A DNA stretch of 64,000 nucleotides from an uncultured bacterium (GCA_905479655.1 CAJQNK010000121.1:14732-78731); one strand, 5' to 3'. Counted from the first letter of the stretch, positions 46,470 to 56,793 are shown. Numbers and translations are program-made. Notes: generated from the sequence alone by a model not told the origin.

Positions 46470-49193
46470 TCAGAACTCGTAGCGCAACCCCGCGGAGGGC
46501 ACGAACCCGGGCCACTCCTCGAGCTCGAAGCCTAGCGTTCCCCGCTGGTCGTCGATCTGGAAGTCGAAACCGCCGACGTTCCTGCGGTCGTAGACGTTCT
46601 GCAGGTCGAGGAAGGCGACGAGCTCCCCGCCTCCGACCCGCCAGGAGCGGACGAGCCGCAGATCGAGACGGTGGTAGACGGGGAGGCGCTCGCTGTTGAG
46701 GGGGCCCAGGACGGGCACGAAGGTGCTCTCGCCGAGGTCGTCCTCGACCTCCTCGAGGCGGATGGGGGTGGTGGGCCAACCGCTGTGGAGGCGCCAGGCG
46801 AGACCGAGTCGCCAGTGGTGTCCGAGGCGCAGGTCGAGGGCCAGGTTGAACGCGTGACGCTGGTCGTACAGTCGCCGGGTCCAGCGGCCGTCGAGCCGAT
46901 CCTCCGTCGCGGCGAGGGCGTAGTTCACCCACCAGAGCAGCCGCTCGCCGGCCTGCCCCTGGAGGAACAGCTCGATGCCCTCCGCGCGGCTCTTCGAAGG
47001 GGCGAAGAGCACCCTCTCCGGCTCGACTTCGGGGAAGGTGTTGATGGGCTCGAACAGGTTCTCCCAGCGTGCGCGGGGATCGGAAATCACCTTCCGGTAG
47101 GCCTCGATCCGCAGGAGGATTCCGTCGTACCCTCCCGGAAGCCTGCGTTCGAGGCCCAGGATCCGGTGCTCGGAGCGCTCGACGGGCTGGAGCGTGGTCT
47201 CGCCGTCCTCGGCCTGGAGCTCGAACGGCCGATGACTCTGGTGGTACAGGCCCCAGGCGGCCCGCACCAGGGTCGAGGGCTCGAGACGCCAGACGAGGCC
47301 GAGCCGGGGGCTCCACACCGCCTGGTCGGTGCTCGAGTGGCGGTCCCATCGAAGGCCCGCCTCCAGGGTGACGGCCTCGGTGAGGCGCACCCGGTCCGTC
47401 AGGTAGAGGCCGGAGTCGGTGGACCGGAAGTCGTCGTGCACGCTCGTGACATGGGGCGGAGGATCGTCCCGGCCCGCTTCCCCGTCCGCCGGTACGCCAT
47501 CGAGGACGTCGGCGCCCGGCGGCTCCCGCGGTGGTGGTTGGGGACCACGAATCGAAGCCAGGGGCGTCTCGAAACGGCGCGAGCTGTCGTAGTCGATCCT
47601 CGTCTCGATCTCACGGACCCGCCAGCCCCAGGCGATCTCGTGGCGCCCCACCCGATGGTCCACGGACTGACGCAGCTCGCCGATGTCGGAGTCCCGGCGG
47701 TCGTCCACCTGGAAATCGCCGGTCTCCTCGGTCTCCAGGGCGACCCGGTCGCTCTCCATCCGCACGGTGGAGCCGGCGGTGGTGAGGAGGTGGTCCGCCC
47801 CCACGATGCGTTGGTGGGTGAGCCAGAGGTGGGTGTTGCGATAGTCGGTGTGGAAGCGCTTGAGGTCCGCGTCGATCCGCTCCCGGAAGTCCAGGCTGTC
47901 GCCGGCGGCGAGCGCGTGGACCCGCAGGCTGTCCCGCTCGCCGAGCCGCACCTCGCCCTTGAGGAAGGCGTCCCAGTACCTGGGGTCCTCGGAGTCGAGG
48001 AGCTGGCTGACGACGCCGATGGAGCCACGCCGCACCTCGGCGAGCCAGTGACCCCGCCCCTTCGGCAGCGGTCCGCCCCCGCCGACCTGCCCGCCCAGGA
48101 TCCCCACGCCCGCGCGCCCGTGGACCTCGCCCTCGGGCTCCCTCGTCGTCAGGTCGAGCACGCCGCCCATGCGGTCCCCCCGGGTCGCCGAGAAGCCTCC
48201 GGTGGAGAGCTCGGCGCCGGCCAGGGTCGAGGGAGCGACGAAGCTCGCCGCGTCGTCGTAGTCGCGGAGATGGAAGGCCTGGTAGAGCTCCTGGCCGTCG
48301 AGGAGGATCTTCGTCTCGTCCCGTCTTCCGCCCCGCACCTGGATCCGCGCCGTGACGTCGCCCGCGCTGATCCCCGGCAGCAGGCTCATGGCGCGGAAGA
48401 TGTCGTCTCCCAGGTGGGGGAGCGCCTGAAGCTGCTCGCGGGTGAGGCCGAGGCCCGCCGTCGGCTCCTCGCCCAGGAGCGAGACGAGGCTGGGGACGAC
48501 GACCACCTCCTCCATCACGAGGGTCGACGGCTCGAGGAGGAACACGACCTCCACCGGTCCCTCCCGCGGCGCGGCTCGGGTCCCGACTGTGGCCCGCGCC
48601 GGCAGGTACCCCTGCGCCCGCGCCTCCAGCGTCCGCAGCCCGTCTTCACCCGGGGCGAGCTCGAAGCGGCCGTCGCCGTCCGTGATGGCCTCCACGCCGC
48701 TGTCGACATCCCGCACCCGCGCCCCGGCCAGCGGGCCGGCGTCGGGCACGCCGACGACGGCGCCGCTCACGCCGCCGGGCTCGCGGTCCGCGGACCCCGC
48801 GGGAACGACGACCAGGGTCCCGTCGGGCCCCTCCAGCAGGTCCAGCCCGTGGGGTTCGAGGAGCTGGGCCAGGATCGCCCTCGCGTCGCCCGCCGGGTCG
48901 GGCTCCGCCTCGACCCGGAGGTCCGGCGTCACGACCCGACTCGTGTAGACGATCGGAAGGCCCCGTTCGCGGAGCTCGTCGAGCGCCTCCGAGAGGGGCC
49001 GGCCGCGGAGGCTGTCGTGGTCGTCCCGGGCGGCCCACGCCGGTCCGGAGACGATCGTCATCACCGCCGGGAGGGCCAGCAGGAGGAGCAGCACGAGGGG
49101 CAGCAGAGGCGAGCCGACACGGACCCGGCGCGGGCCGGTGCGGTTCCGGGGCGGTTGCGGCCGGGGCGGGCCGCCGTTGTTGCCAGTCTCCAT
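46470..49193 (-). CDS. TonB-dependent receptor-like outer-membrane protein with an N-terminal STN (secretin/TonB N-terminus) signalling domain and a carboxypeptidase-regulatory-like domain
   Basis: Signal peptide. STN 'LSEALDELRERGLPIVYTSRVV'. CarbopepD_reg-like 'GAVVGVPDAGPLAGARVRDVDSGVEAITDGDGRF'. Plug/barrel. Terminal '...GLRYEF'. Confidence 0.7.
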   Translation of the reverse strand: METGNNGGPPRPQPPRNRTGPRRVRVGSPLLPLVLLLLLALPAVMTIVSGPAWAARDDHDSLRGRPLSEALDELRERGLPIVYTSRVVTPDLRVEAEPDPAGDARAILAQLLEPHGLDLLEGPDGTLVVVPAGSADREPGGVSGAVVGVPDAGPLAGARVRDVDSGVEAITDGDGRFELAPGEDGLRTLEARAQGYLPARATVGTRAAPREGPVEVVFLLEPSTLVMEEVVVVPSLVSLLGEEPTAGLGLTREQLQALPHLGDDIFRAMSLLPGISAGDVTARIQVRGGRRDETKILLDGQELYQAFHLRDYDDAASFVAPSTLAGAELSTGGFSATRGDRMGGVLDLTTREPEGEVHGRAGVGILGGQVGGGGPLPKGRGHWLAEVRRGSIGVVSQLLDSEDPRYWDAFLKGEVRLGERDSLRVHALAAGDSLDFRERIDADLKRFHTDYRNTHLWLTHQRIVGADHLLTTAGSTVRMESDRVALETEETGDFQVDDRRDSDIGELRQSVDHRVGRHEIAWGWRVREIETRIDYDSSRRFETPLASIRGPQPPPREPPGADVLDGVPADGEAGRDDPPPHVTSVHDDFRSTDSGLYLTDRVRLTEAVTLEAGLRWDRHSSTDQAVWSPRLGLVWRLEPSTLVRAAWGLYHQSHRPFELQAEDGETTLQPVERSEHRILGLERRLPGGYDGILLRIEAYRKVISDPRARWENLFEPINTFPEVEPERVLFAPSKSRAEGIELFLQGQAGERLLWWVNYALAATEDRLDGRWTRRLYDQRHAFNLALDLRLGHHWRLGLAWRLHSGWPTTPIRLEEVEDDLGESTFVPVLGPLNSERLPVYHRLDLRLVRSWRVGGGELVAFLDLQNVYDRRNVGGFDFQIDDQRGTLGFELEEWPGFVPSAGLRYEF

Positions 49194-49483
49194 CGCGCAG
49201 CCCCCAGGCAGGGAATCGACGGTCTCGGTGGGCGAGAGAGTACCAGCCCGTTCCGGCGGCGGCGATCGCTCCGGGGCGGGGTGTCGGGCTCCTGGCCCGC
49301 GTCGTGCGACGCTCGCAGCCGTTTGGGTCTACCCGCTCGCGGTCCGCCAACTCCGCCCTGTTCCATCCGGGGTCGTCGCCTGTCTCACCCGACGACAGGA
49401 GGCCGCCGAGGCGTCGACCCCCGGCCGGGGGCGGCGCGGCCCGGCCCGACATCCACCCCATACCCACCCGAGGAGAATCGTCC

Positions 49484-51166
49484 ATGCCAGAGCAGCAATC
49501 TTCCGGCCGTCGCATCCACGGCCTCCTGTTCGCCGCCGCACTCGTCTTCCTGACGGGTCTCACCCCGGTGCGCGCCGAGACGGCCCCCGAGTGGGTCGCG
49601 AGCCTGCCCGTCGGCTCGTCCCTGAGCGCCGGGATCGGCGGCTTCGTCGTCGACGCGGCCGGCGTCTCCTACGCCACGGGGACCTCCGGTCCGTCGTTCA
49701 ACAACGACGTCACGACCGTTGCCTGGGCGCCGGATGGGACGCTCCTCTGGTCCGACACCTGGAACGGCGGCGGCGACTGGCACGACGCGGCCCACGACGT
49801 CGACCTGGCGGGGGACGGCACCCTCTGGGTCACGGGCAGCACCCCCGACCCGAACAAGTACGCCGACGTGATGCTGCTGCAGTACGACGCGGCCACGGGC
49901 GCCCTGCTCACCGAGATCGACTACACTCGCGGCCCGTTCCTCTCGGAGAGCGGCCGCCACGTGGCGGCGGACGGCTCGGCCGTCTTCGTCGCGGGCTCCA
50001 CCGTTGGGGACGGCGGCGATGCCCTGATCCTGAAGTTCGACGGCGGTCCGGTCCCCGTGTGGACCCAGGTGTGGGACGGCCCGGCCTTCGCGCCCTTCTC
50101 GCAGGACTCCTCGCAGGACCTGGAGCTGGACCCGGCGGGCAACCCGGTGGTGCTGATCCACGGCGTGATGTCCTCCCAGCACCCGGACTACGTGGTGGTG
50201 AAGTACCACCGCGACACCGGCGCGGTCCTGTGGGAGTCGACCTGGGGTGTCAGCGGCGGGGACTTCCCGACCGATCTCGAGATCGACTCCGTCGGCGACG
50301 TCTACGTGACCGGCACCGGCATCGACTTCACCGACAAGTACAGCACGGTGAAGTTCCGCGGTAGCGACGGCGTCCTCCTGTGGCAGGAGTACGACGCCGC
50401 CGGCCTCGACGATGCGGCCATCGCCCTGGCGCTGGACGGGCAGGGCGGCGTGATCGTCACCGGCCATGTGGATCCCGACGGCGACCGCTCGAACTTCAAC
50501 GACGACTTCTACACCGTGCGTCGCGACGCCGCGACCGGGGCGTTCGACTGGAGCCACCGGTACGGCGACCCGTGCGTCGGCTGCTTCGACGCCCCTTCCG
50601 ACGTCGCGGTGGATCCGGCGGGCCGGGTCTACGTGGCCGGATCGACCAGCTCCGCCCCGTACAGCGGCACCGTGATCCAGTTCGTCCTCGACCTCGCCAC
50701 CGGCGTCGAGAGCGACCGCGGGATCAGCGACCAGGGCGGCACCGGGTTCCTGCGCTTCGACGGCGACTTCGACCTGTTCGATGGCGGCCGCACGAGCCAT
50801 CCGAACACCGGCGAGGTGGAGATCAGCGCCGCGAAGTGGACCTCCCGGATGACGGGTCTGCCGACCCTCGAGGTCGCCGGCTTCGTCGCTGGCGGCATGG
50901 CCACGCTGACGGTCACGAACGTGACCCCGGGGGCGACCCAGTACGTCCTCGGCAGTGCCGCCGGTCTCGGCGTCACGCCGGTGCCGCAGCTCGGCGTCGA
51001 CCTCGACCTGCTGCAGCCCCGGCTGCTGGTCTCCGGAGTCGCGGACGCCTCGGGTACCTTCGAGGCGACGGTTCCGGTGCCGCCGGCCGCGGCGGGCCGG
51101 ACTCTCTGGCTCGAAGCGGCCGAAGACGGTGGCACCACGGCGCCGGTCTTCGTGCCCGTTCCGTAG
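49484..51166 (+). CDS. Secreted beta-propeller repeat protein (SBBP-like repeats)
   Basis: Signal peptide (IHGLLFAAALVFLTGLTPVRA). Repeats of the type 'DVDLAGDGTLWVTGST', 'DLEIDSVGDVYVTGTG', 'DVAVDPAGRVYVAGST'. AGGAGA RBS. Confidence 0.65.
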   Translation: MPEQQSSGRRIHGLLFAAALVFLTGLTPVRAETAPEWVASLPVGSSLSAGIGGFVVDAAGVSYATGTSGPSFNNDVTTVAWAPDGTLLWSDTWNGGGDWHDAAHDVDLAGDGTLWVTGSTPDPNKYADVMLLQYDAATGALLTEIDYTRGPFLSESGRHVAADGSAVFVAGSTVGDGGDALILKFDGGPVPVWTQVWDGPAFAPFSQDSSQDLELDPAGNPVVLIHGVMSSQHPDYVVVKYHRDTGAVLWESTWGVSGGDFPTDLEIDSVGDVYVTGTGIDFTDKYSTVKFRGSDGVLLWQEYDAAGLDDAAIALALDGQGGVIVTGHVDPDGDRSNFNDDFYTVRRDAATGAFDWSHRYGDPCVGCFDAPSDVAVDPAGRVYVAGSTSSAPYSGTVIQFVLDLATGVESDRGISDQGGTGFLRFDGDFDLFDGGRTSHPNTGEVEISAAKWTSRMTGLPTLEVAGFVAGGMATLTVTNVTPGATQYVLGSAAGLGVTPVPQLGVDLDLLQPRLLVSGVADASGTFEATVPVPPAAAGRTLWLEAAEDGGTTAPVFVPVP

Positions 51167-51262
51167 CGTGCCGTAGTCGGGGGCGGCCCACGGGGTCGTC
51201 CGGAGGAAAGAGCCCCGTCGCGGATCGCTCCCGCGTCGGGGACTCACTCCGTGGCGCCGGGC

Positions 51263-51481
51263 TCAGAGGGCGGGGGCGAGCCGCGGCCGTCCGTCGGCCA
51301 GCTCGACCCGGTAGCTGTCGAGAATGCCGAGCAGGGACCGTCCCGCCATCTCGGCCGGCAGCTCCACCTCGCAGCGCCAGCCACCGCGCGTGGGCTCGAG
51401 CTCGACCGGCCGGTGGCTGCCTCCGGAGGCGAAGAGGCCGGTGATGGTGCCGTCGGGTTCGTGGAAGACGGTAGCGCGCAT
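51263..51481 (-). CDS. Small hypothetical protein (72 aa)
   Basis: ORF in the gap between two real genes. No motif. Weak. Confidence 0.25.
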   Translation of the reverse strand: MRATVFHEPDGTITGLFASGGSHRPVELEPTRGGWRCEVELPAEMAGRSLLGILDSYRVELADGRPRLAPAL

Positions 51482-51634
51482 GGTGACTCTCCTCGGGCCG
51501 TTTCAAGGTACAGGCGAATCCCCCGTCCGGCTGTTACGCCGGTCGGAGGATCCACACCCGTCGGAGGGTCGAGGCCGCAGCTGGGGCCGCGGCCGAGGTC
51601 CCGGCGTGCCCGAGAGCCCGGGGAGCGCGGGGGC

Positions 51635-54598
51635 TCACTCCAGCAGGCCGAGGCTCCAGGACAGGACCGCGCGCTGGGGCGCGGTCGGCGGGGCGTCGCT
51701 GCGTTCGAGGTCGGCGGCGAGGTCGGTGAGGGCGCCGGCGGCCTCGCGGACCGCCTCGCTCTCGTCCTCCCGGACCGAGGTCACGGCGCGCTCCAGGGCC
51801 GCCGCCACCTCGAGCTGGAACGACAGGAGCTCGTCGAGGGCGCCCGCGGGCACCTGGACGCGGGGGTCCATCACGACCTGGAGGGGCTCGGTCGCGACCC
51901 GACCGCCGGCGTGGAGCCGGACCTCGTAGCTCCCGGGCGTCACGAAGGCGCCCTCGGGCTCCACCGGCGTGGGTCGACCGGGGACGGCGGCGATGGAGTA
52001 GGAGCCACCCAGGGTCTCCGGCGGGGCGAGACGCAGATCCCAGACGAAGCGGTGGTGCCCCGGGCCGGTGCCCGGGAGCGACGGCTCGCCCAGCCAGACG
52101 TCGGCGAAGTACACGCGGGCCTCGGGCTCCGCGGGGGCCTCGTCGCTCGAGAAGCGTCGGAGCACGCGACCGTCCGAGTCCGCGATCTCGATCGCCACGG
52201 GCCCCTCGATCCCGTCCGGGAGCAGGTAGTCGAGGACCGCGCCCACGGGCGGGTTCTCGCCCCGCGGCGCCTCCAGCGGCAGCGGCGTGTCGCGGTTCTG
52301 GTTGAAGCGCAGGCGCACGGCGGGAGCCGGCGGCACCAGGACCGGGTCACCGCCCAACCGCGGGCCCGCCGCCAGGTGGCGCAGGGGCGCGATCGCGTCG
52401 AGCGCCCAGATGCCGCGGCCCTCGGTCGCCAGGATCACGTCGTCCTGGTGCACCAGCAGGTCGTTGATGCCGGTGGTGGGCAGGTCGAGCTGGAGGCTCG
52501 CCCAGCTCGCGCCGTCGTCGAACGAGACGTGGACGCCCCGGTTCGTGCCGGCGAAGAGAAGCCCGGGCGCCTCGGGGTCGTGACGCACGACGCCGACCCA
52601 CTCGTCGGTCGGCAGGCCGGCGTCGATACGGCTCCAGGTGGCGCCGAAGTCGCGGGTCTTCCAGGCCAGGGGGCGACGGTCGTCGAGGCGGTGGCGGTCC
52701 GCCGAGAGGTACGCCGTCGCCGGGTCCGTGGGCGACGGGTCGACGAAGTTGACCTTCGTCCAGTCGTCCATGTCCGGGGGCGTCGCGTCCGTCCAGCTCG
52801 TGCCGCCGTCGCGGGTGAGCTGGACGCGGCCGTTGGTCGTCCCCACCCACACCTGTCCATCCGCGGCCGTCGAGGGCGCGATCGCGAAAATCACCCCGAA
52901 GCCGCAGGCCGTCGCGCGCTCCACCGGCACGTCGCCCTCGCATCCGGCCGTGCCCTCCACGGTCCCGGTGAGATCCGGGCTGATGGTCTCCCAGCTCGCG
53001 CCGCCGTCCAGCGAGCGGAAGAGGACCTGGGCGCCCACGTAGATCGGGTGGGGCGGCCGCTTGGAGATCGCCAACGGCGTGATCCAGTCGTAGCGGTAGC
53101 GGGTGGTTCCGGGGCGGGCGGCGTAGCTCGAGACGGGCCAGGGGGAGACGTTCTGCACCTGGCCGGTGCGCCGATCCCACTTCGAGATCCGGCCTCCCAG
53201 GCCCGCGCCGAAGACGATGTCCGGGTCCGCCGGGTGGGGGACGTCGCCGTCGCGCTCGTCGCCGCCCACGGGGCTCCAGTCGCGGAACGTGATCTGCCCG
53301 TAGTCGCTGCGGCTGGCGATGCCCACGGTGCCCGAGTCCTGCTGGCCGCTGTAGACGCGGTAGGGGAAGGCGTCGTCCGCCGCCAGCCGGTAGAACTGGC
53401 CCGTGGGCTGGTTGTACCAGGAGCTCCAGGTGGCGCCACCGTTGAGGGTGACGACGGCGCCCTGGTCGGCGCCCGTGATCATGTGGCTCGGGTCGGTGGG
53501 GTCGATCCACAGGGCGTGGTAGTCGTCGCCGCCCGGCGAGCTGCGGACGATCGGGAAGGTGGCCCCGCCGTCGGTGGAGCGGCGCAGCGGTTGACCGCCG
53601 GCCCAGAGCGTCTCGGGGTCGCTCGGGTGGGGGACGAGGAAGCTCATGTAGCTGCCGGCGAGGCTCGCGTCCGGGTTGACCTGTCGCCAGCTCCCGCCGC
53701 CGTCCTCGGAGCGCCACAGGCCGCCGCCGTCGGCGGTCTCCACCGCGGCCCAGAGTTGCCGCGCCTCCGTCCCCGGCGCGACCGCGAGTTCGATCCGGCC
53801 CAGCGGCCCGGCCGGCAGGCCGTCGCCCGCCACGGCGCTCCAGGTGCGTCCGCCGTCGGTCGACCGGTGGATGCCGCTGCCCGGCCCGATGGTGGGCTGG
53901 AAGTAGTCGAGCCACGGCCAGCGGCGCACCTGCCAGAGGGAGGCGTAGATCACGTCGGGCAGCGCCGCGTCGGCGGCCAGGCTCACGGCGCCGGTGTCGT
54001 CGTCGAGGAAGAGGACCCGGGTCCAACTGGCGCCGGCGTCCTCGGTGCGGAAGACGCCGCGCTCGCCGCCGGGTCCGAACACGGGTCCGAGAGCGGCGAC
54101 GAGGGCCGTGTCGGCGCTCCGCGGGTCGACCCAGAGGTCGCCGATGTGACGGCTCTCCGGCAGGCCCACCCAGCTCCAGGTCTCGCCGCCGTCGGTGGAG
54201 CGGTAGATGCCGTCGCCGTCCACGATGTCCCAGCGCTGGTGCACCTGCCCGGTGCCGATCCACAACACCCGGGGGTCGGAGGGGGCCACCGCCAGCGCGC
54301 CGATCGAGGCGCTGCCGTAGTCGTCGAAGAGCGGCCGCCACGTGGTGCCGACGTCGTCGGTCCGCCAGACGCCGCCGTCGGCGGCGCCGAGGTAGAAGGT
54401 CGCCGGATCACCGGGGATGCCGGCCACCGCCGTCGCCCAGCCGCCGCGGTGGGGACCCACCAGGCGCCAGTGGAGGTCGTTTGGCAGGTCGAGCGCCGCG
54501 GCTGGAGCCAGGCTCGACAGTAAGGCGATCACGAGGCACGAGAGGGCGAAGCCCCTCGGGGCCCCGGTGGCAGCGAGGGCGTGACGGAATCGGGTCAT
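51635..54598 (-). CDS. Secreted BNR/sortilin(VPS10)-like beta-propeller glycosidase-like protein; paralog of the gene at the window start
   Basis: Signal peptide. Many BNR-like 'S.DGG.TW' segments (STDGGETWSWV, TEDAGASWTRV, STDGGRTWSAV, SEDGGGSWRQV, STDGGATF, SLDGGASWETIS, TRDGGTSWT). Confidence 0.85.
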   Translation of the reverse strand: MTRFRHALAATGAPRGFALSCLVIALLSSLAPAAALDLPNDLHWRLVGPHRGGWATAVAGIPGDPATFYLGAADGGVWRTDDVGTTWRPLFDDYGSASIGALAVAPSDPRVLWIGTGQVHQRWDIVDGDGIYRSTDGGETWSWVGLPESRHIGDLWVDPRSADTALVAALGPVFGPGGERGVFRTEDAGASWTRVLFLDDDTGAVSLAADAALPDVIYASLWQVRRWPWLDYFQPTIGPGSGIHRSTDGGRTWSAVAGDGLPAGPLGRIELAVAPGTEARQLWAAVETADGGGLWRSEDGGGSWRQVNPDASLAGSYMSFLVPHPSDPETLWAGGQPLRRSTDGGATFPIVRSSPGGDDYHALWIDPTDPSHMITGADQGAVVTLNGGATWSSWYNQPTGQFYRLAADDAFPYRVYSGQQDSGTVGIASRSDYGQITFRDWSPVGGDERDGDVPHPADPDIVFGAGLGGRISKWDRRTGQVQNVSPWPVSSYAARPGTTRYRYDWITPLAISKRPPHPIYVGAQVLFRSLDGGASWETISPDLTGTVEGTAGCEGDVPVERATACGFGVIFAIAPSTAADGQVWVGTTNGRVQLTRDGGTSWTDATPPDMDDWTKVNFVDPSPTDPATAYLSADRHRLDDRRPLAWKTRDFGATWSRIDAGLPTDEWVGVVRHDPEAPGLLFAGTNRGVHVSFDDGASWASLQLDLPTTGINDLLVHQDDVILATEGRGIWALDAIAPLRHLAAGPRLGGDPVLVPPAPAVRLRFNQNRDTPLPLEAPRGENPPVGAVLDYLLPDGIEGPVAIEIADSDGRVLRRFSSDEAPAEPEARVYFADVWLGEPSLPGTGPGHHRFVWDLRLAPPETLGGSYSIAAVPGRPTPVEPEGAFVTPGSYEVRLHAGGRVATEPLQVVMDPRVQVPAGALDELLSFQLEVAAALERAVTSVREDESEAVREAAGALTDLAADLERSDAPPTAPQRAVLSWSLGLLE

Positions 54599-54719
54599 AG
54601 TGTCTCCTCTTTCTCCGAGGCGAGCATACCGGGCTCCGGGGGTCCTGCGCCCGTTCCCTGCGTCGGCGTAGCGGGTCGAGGTGCTTGACGAAGAAAAGTA
54701 GCGATGTTGTTTTTCTCTC

Positions 54720-55355
54720 GTGCTGAGGGAGCCGACCCAGGAACGGAGTCAGAGGAGTCTCGAGCGACTTCTCGACGCGGCGGAGGAGCTGGTCGAGGAG
54801 CGTGGCTTCGAGGCCACGAGCCTGCGCGCCCTGTGCGATCGAGCGGGCCTCACCAGCGGTGCCTTCTATGCCCGGTTCGTGCGCAAGGAGGACCTGATCC
54901 TCGCGCTGGTCGAGCGGCTGGAGCGACGCCTCCTCCGGCCGGTTCTCGAGCTGGAGCGGGTGGCGGAGGACGGTCGTCCGGTGGCGGCCGTCCGGGCGCT
55001 GCTCCTCGCAGCCGCCGACCTCTACCGAGGGCACCCCGGACTCTTCCGTTCCCTGACCTCGCTGGCGCGCCGGGATCCGGAGGTGGCGACCGCCCTGCGC
55101 CGCCTCAACGATCGCACCCTCGAACGTGTCCAGGCGGCGGCCGGGTCGATCGTCGCCCGGGCCGACCACCCGCGGCCCGAGCTGGCGCTTCGCCTGGGCC
55201 TCGTCGCGACGACCGTCACGCTGCGGGAGCTCGTCCTCGAACGCAACCTGTTCGACGACGCGCCGGCGCTGCCGGACGAGCTCCTGGTGGACGAGCTCGT
55301 CGCGATGCTGTTCGGTTACCTCGAAGAGGGGCGTCGTGCCGTCATCCGGGACTGA
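54720..55355 (+). CDS. TetR-family transcriptional regulator (GTG start)
   Basis: N-terminal HTH 'RSLERLLDAAEELVEERGFEATSLRALCDRAGLTSGAFYARF'. Confidence 0.75.
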   Translation: MLREPTQERSQRSLERLLDAAEELVEERGFEATSLRALCDRAGLTSGAFYARFVRKEDLILALVERLERRLLRPVLELERVAEDGRPVAAVRALLLAAADLYRGHPGLFRSLTSLARRDPEVATALRRLNDRTLERVQAAAGSIVARADHPRPELALRLGLVATTVTLRELVLERNLFDDAPALPDELLVDELVAMLFGYLEEGRRAVIRD

Positions 55356-56793
55356 TCGCCGCGGGGAGCGTCGGAGCCGGCGTTGGCGGCGCTTCGGGGT
55401 TGCGCTGGCCGTGGTGACAGCGATCTCGGGCGCGATCGTGGCCTGGGCCCTGGCCGGCGTGTCGCCGGATCCGTGGCACGATGCCGGGCCTGCGCCCGCG
55501 CAGCCAGCGGGAGAGCGATCGGCCTCGATCGAAGTCGTGGTCGAGCCCTCGGCGTCCCGGATCGACGAGACTCTGTCGATCTCGGTGTCCGGCCTGGTTC
55601 CGAGTGAAGAGGTCGTTCTGAGTCTCTCGACGGAGGACGCGGAAGGGGTCGAGTTCGTCGCCTGGGCTCGCTACCGGGTCGACGGGGAGGGTCGCGTCGA
55701 CCCGTCGACCCGGGCGCCCCTCGGTGGCACCTACCGCGGCCTCGACGGTCAGGGGCTCCTGTGGTCGGGACGGGCGGGTGGGGAGCGATCGTTCGCTCAT
55801 TCGGCCAGCTGGGGCCGTCGAACCTACCGGTTGCGGGCGGAGTCCGGTGCGGGCTTCGCCGAGGCGTCGTTCGAGCGCCGCTATCCCTGGCCCCGGGTGC
55901 GCCACGAGCCCGTCCGCGAAGGGGGCGTCGTCGGGGAGCTCTGGCTGCCCGGCCCCGAGGGCGCGTTCGACGAGTTGGCGCAGGGCGGCGCTGCCATCCT
56001 CCTCCTGGGTGGATGGGGCGACGGCCCCGCCCCCCTGCGCTCCGCGCTCCTGGCCGACCGGGGCTTCGTCGTTCTGAACCTGGGCTTCCACGGCTGGGAG
56101 GGTCTGCCGCCGAACCTCGTGCAGATCCCCGTGGAGACGGTGACCCGAGCTCTCGATCTCCTGCGCTCCCGCCCGGAGGTGGGCGAGGCCCCGGTCGGCC
56201 TTTTCGGTGTCTCCAAGGGCGCCGAGCTGGCGCTCCTCGCCGCCAGCGCCGACGATCGGATCTCCGCCGTTGCCGCCTGGGTCCCGGCCTCCGTCACCTT
56301 CGCCGGGATCGACCTCCGCGACCCGACACCGGGTTGCTCCTGGACCTGGCGGGGCGAGCCGGTGCCCTGCGCGCCTCCCCGGCTCGGACTGCCCGAGATC
56401 CGCAACACCGTCCGGCTCCTGCTCGGCTGGCCGGTGTCCTTCCGCCACGGCTACCTCGCGGCCTTGGAGGCGACGCCGCCGGAGGCCCGGATTGCCGTCG
56501 AGAGGATCGCGGGCCCGGTGCTGCTCGCCTCCGGCGGCGACGACCGGCTCTGGCCCAGCGCCGAGATGGCCAGGGAGGTTGAGGACCGGCTCCAGGCCCG
56601 GGGGTTCCCGCACCCGGTGGTGAACCACGTCTTCCGCGAGGCGGGTCATGGCCTCGCCCCCGCCCTGTGGCCTCAGGGCGGAGGCCCCTCGCGCTTCCTG
56701 ATCCGGGGCGGCGACGCGACGGCGAACCACCTCGCGGGCCGCCAGGCGTGGGCCGAGACGGTGGCCTTCCTGGACTCCGCCCTCGGCGACTGA
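55336..56793 (+). CDS. Acyl-CoA thioesterase / BAAT-family alpha/beta-hydrolase with an N-terminal membrane anchor; start uncertain (GTG 55336 or 55411)
   Basis: BAAT N-terminal-like region followed by 'GLFGVSKGAELAL' (GxSxG) and 'AEMAREVED...REAGHG'. No ATG between the TetR stop and the TM segment 'FGVALAVVTAISGAIVAWALAGV'. Confidence 0.6.
   Translation: MPSSGTDRRGERRSRRWRRFGVALAVVTAISGAIVAWALAGVSPDPWHDAGPAPAQPAGERSASIEVVVEPSASRIDETLSISVSGLVPSEEVVLSLSTEDAEGVEFVAWARYRVDGEGRVDPSTRAPLGGTYRGLDGQGLLWSGRAGGERSFAHSASWGRRTYRLRAESGAGFAEASFERRYPWPRVRHEPVREGGVVGELWLPGPEGAFDELAQGGAAILLLGGWGDGPAPLRSALLADRGFVVLNLGFHGWEGLPPNLVQIPVETVTRALDLLRSRPEVGEAPVGLFGVSKGAELALLAASADDRISAVAAWVPASVTFAGIDLRDPTPGCSWTWRGEPVPCAPPRLGLPEIRNTVRLLLGWPVSFRHGYLAALEATPPEARIAVERIAGPVLLASGGDDRLWPSAEMAREVEDRLQARGFPHPVVNHVFREAGHGLAPALWPQGGGPSRFLIRGGDATANHLAGRQAWAETVAFLDSALGD

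Noticed and set aside
54684-54719. AT-rich TTGACG-containing stretch upstream of the TetR gene as a sigma-70 promoter
   Set aside because: No acceptable -10 element at the proper spacing. It may still be a regulatory region, but no promoter call is justified.
55126-55335. ATG 55126 as the start of the BAAT-like gene
   Set aside because: It would overlap the TetR gene by 230 bp in another frame. The GTG at 55336 just before the positively charged/TM segment is more plausible. The start remains uncertain.
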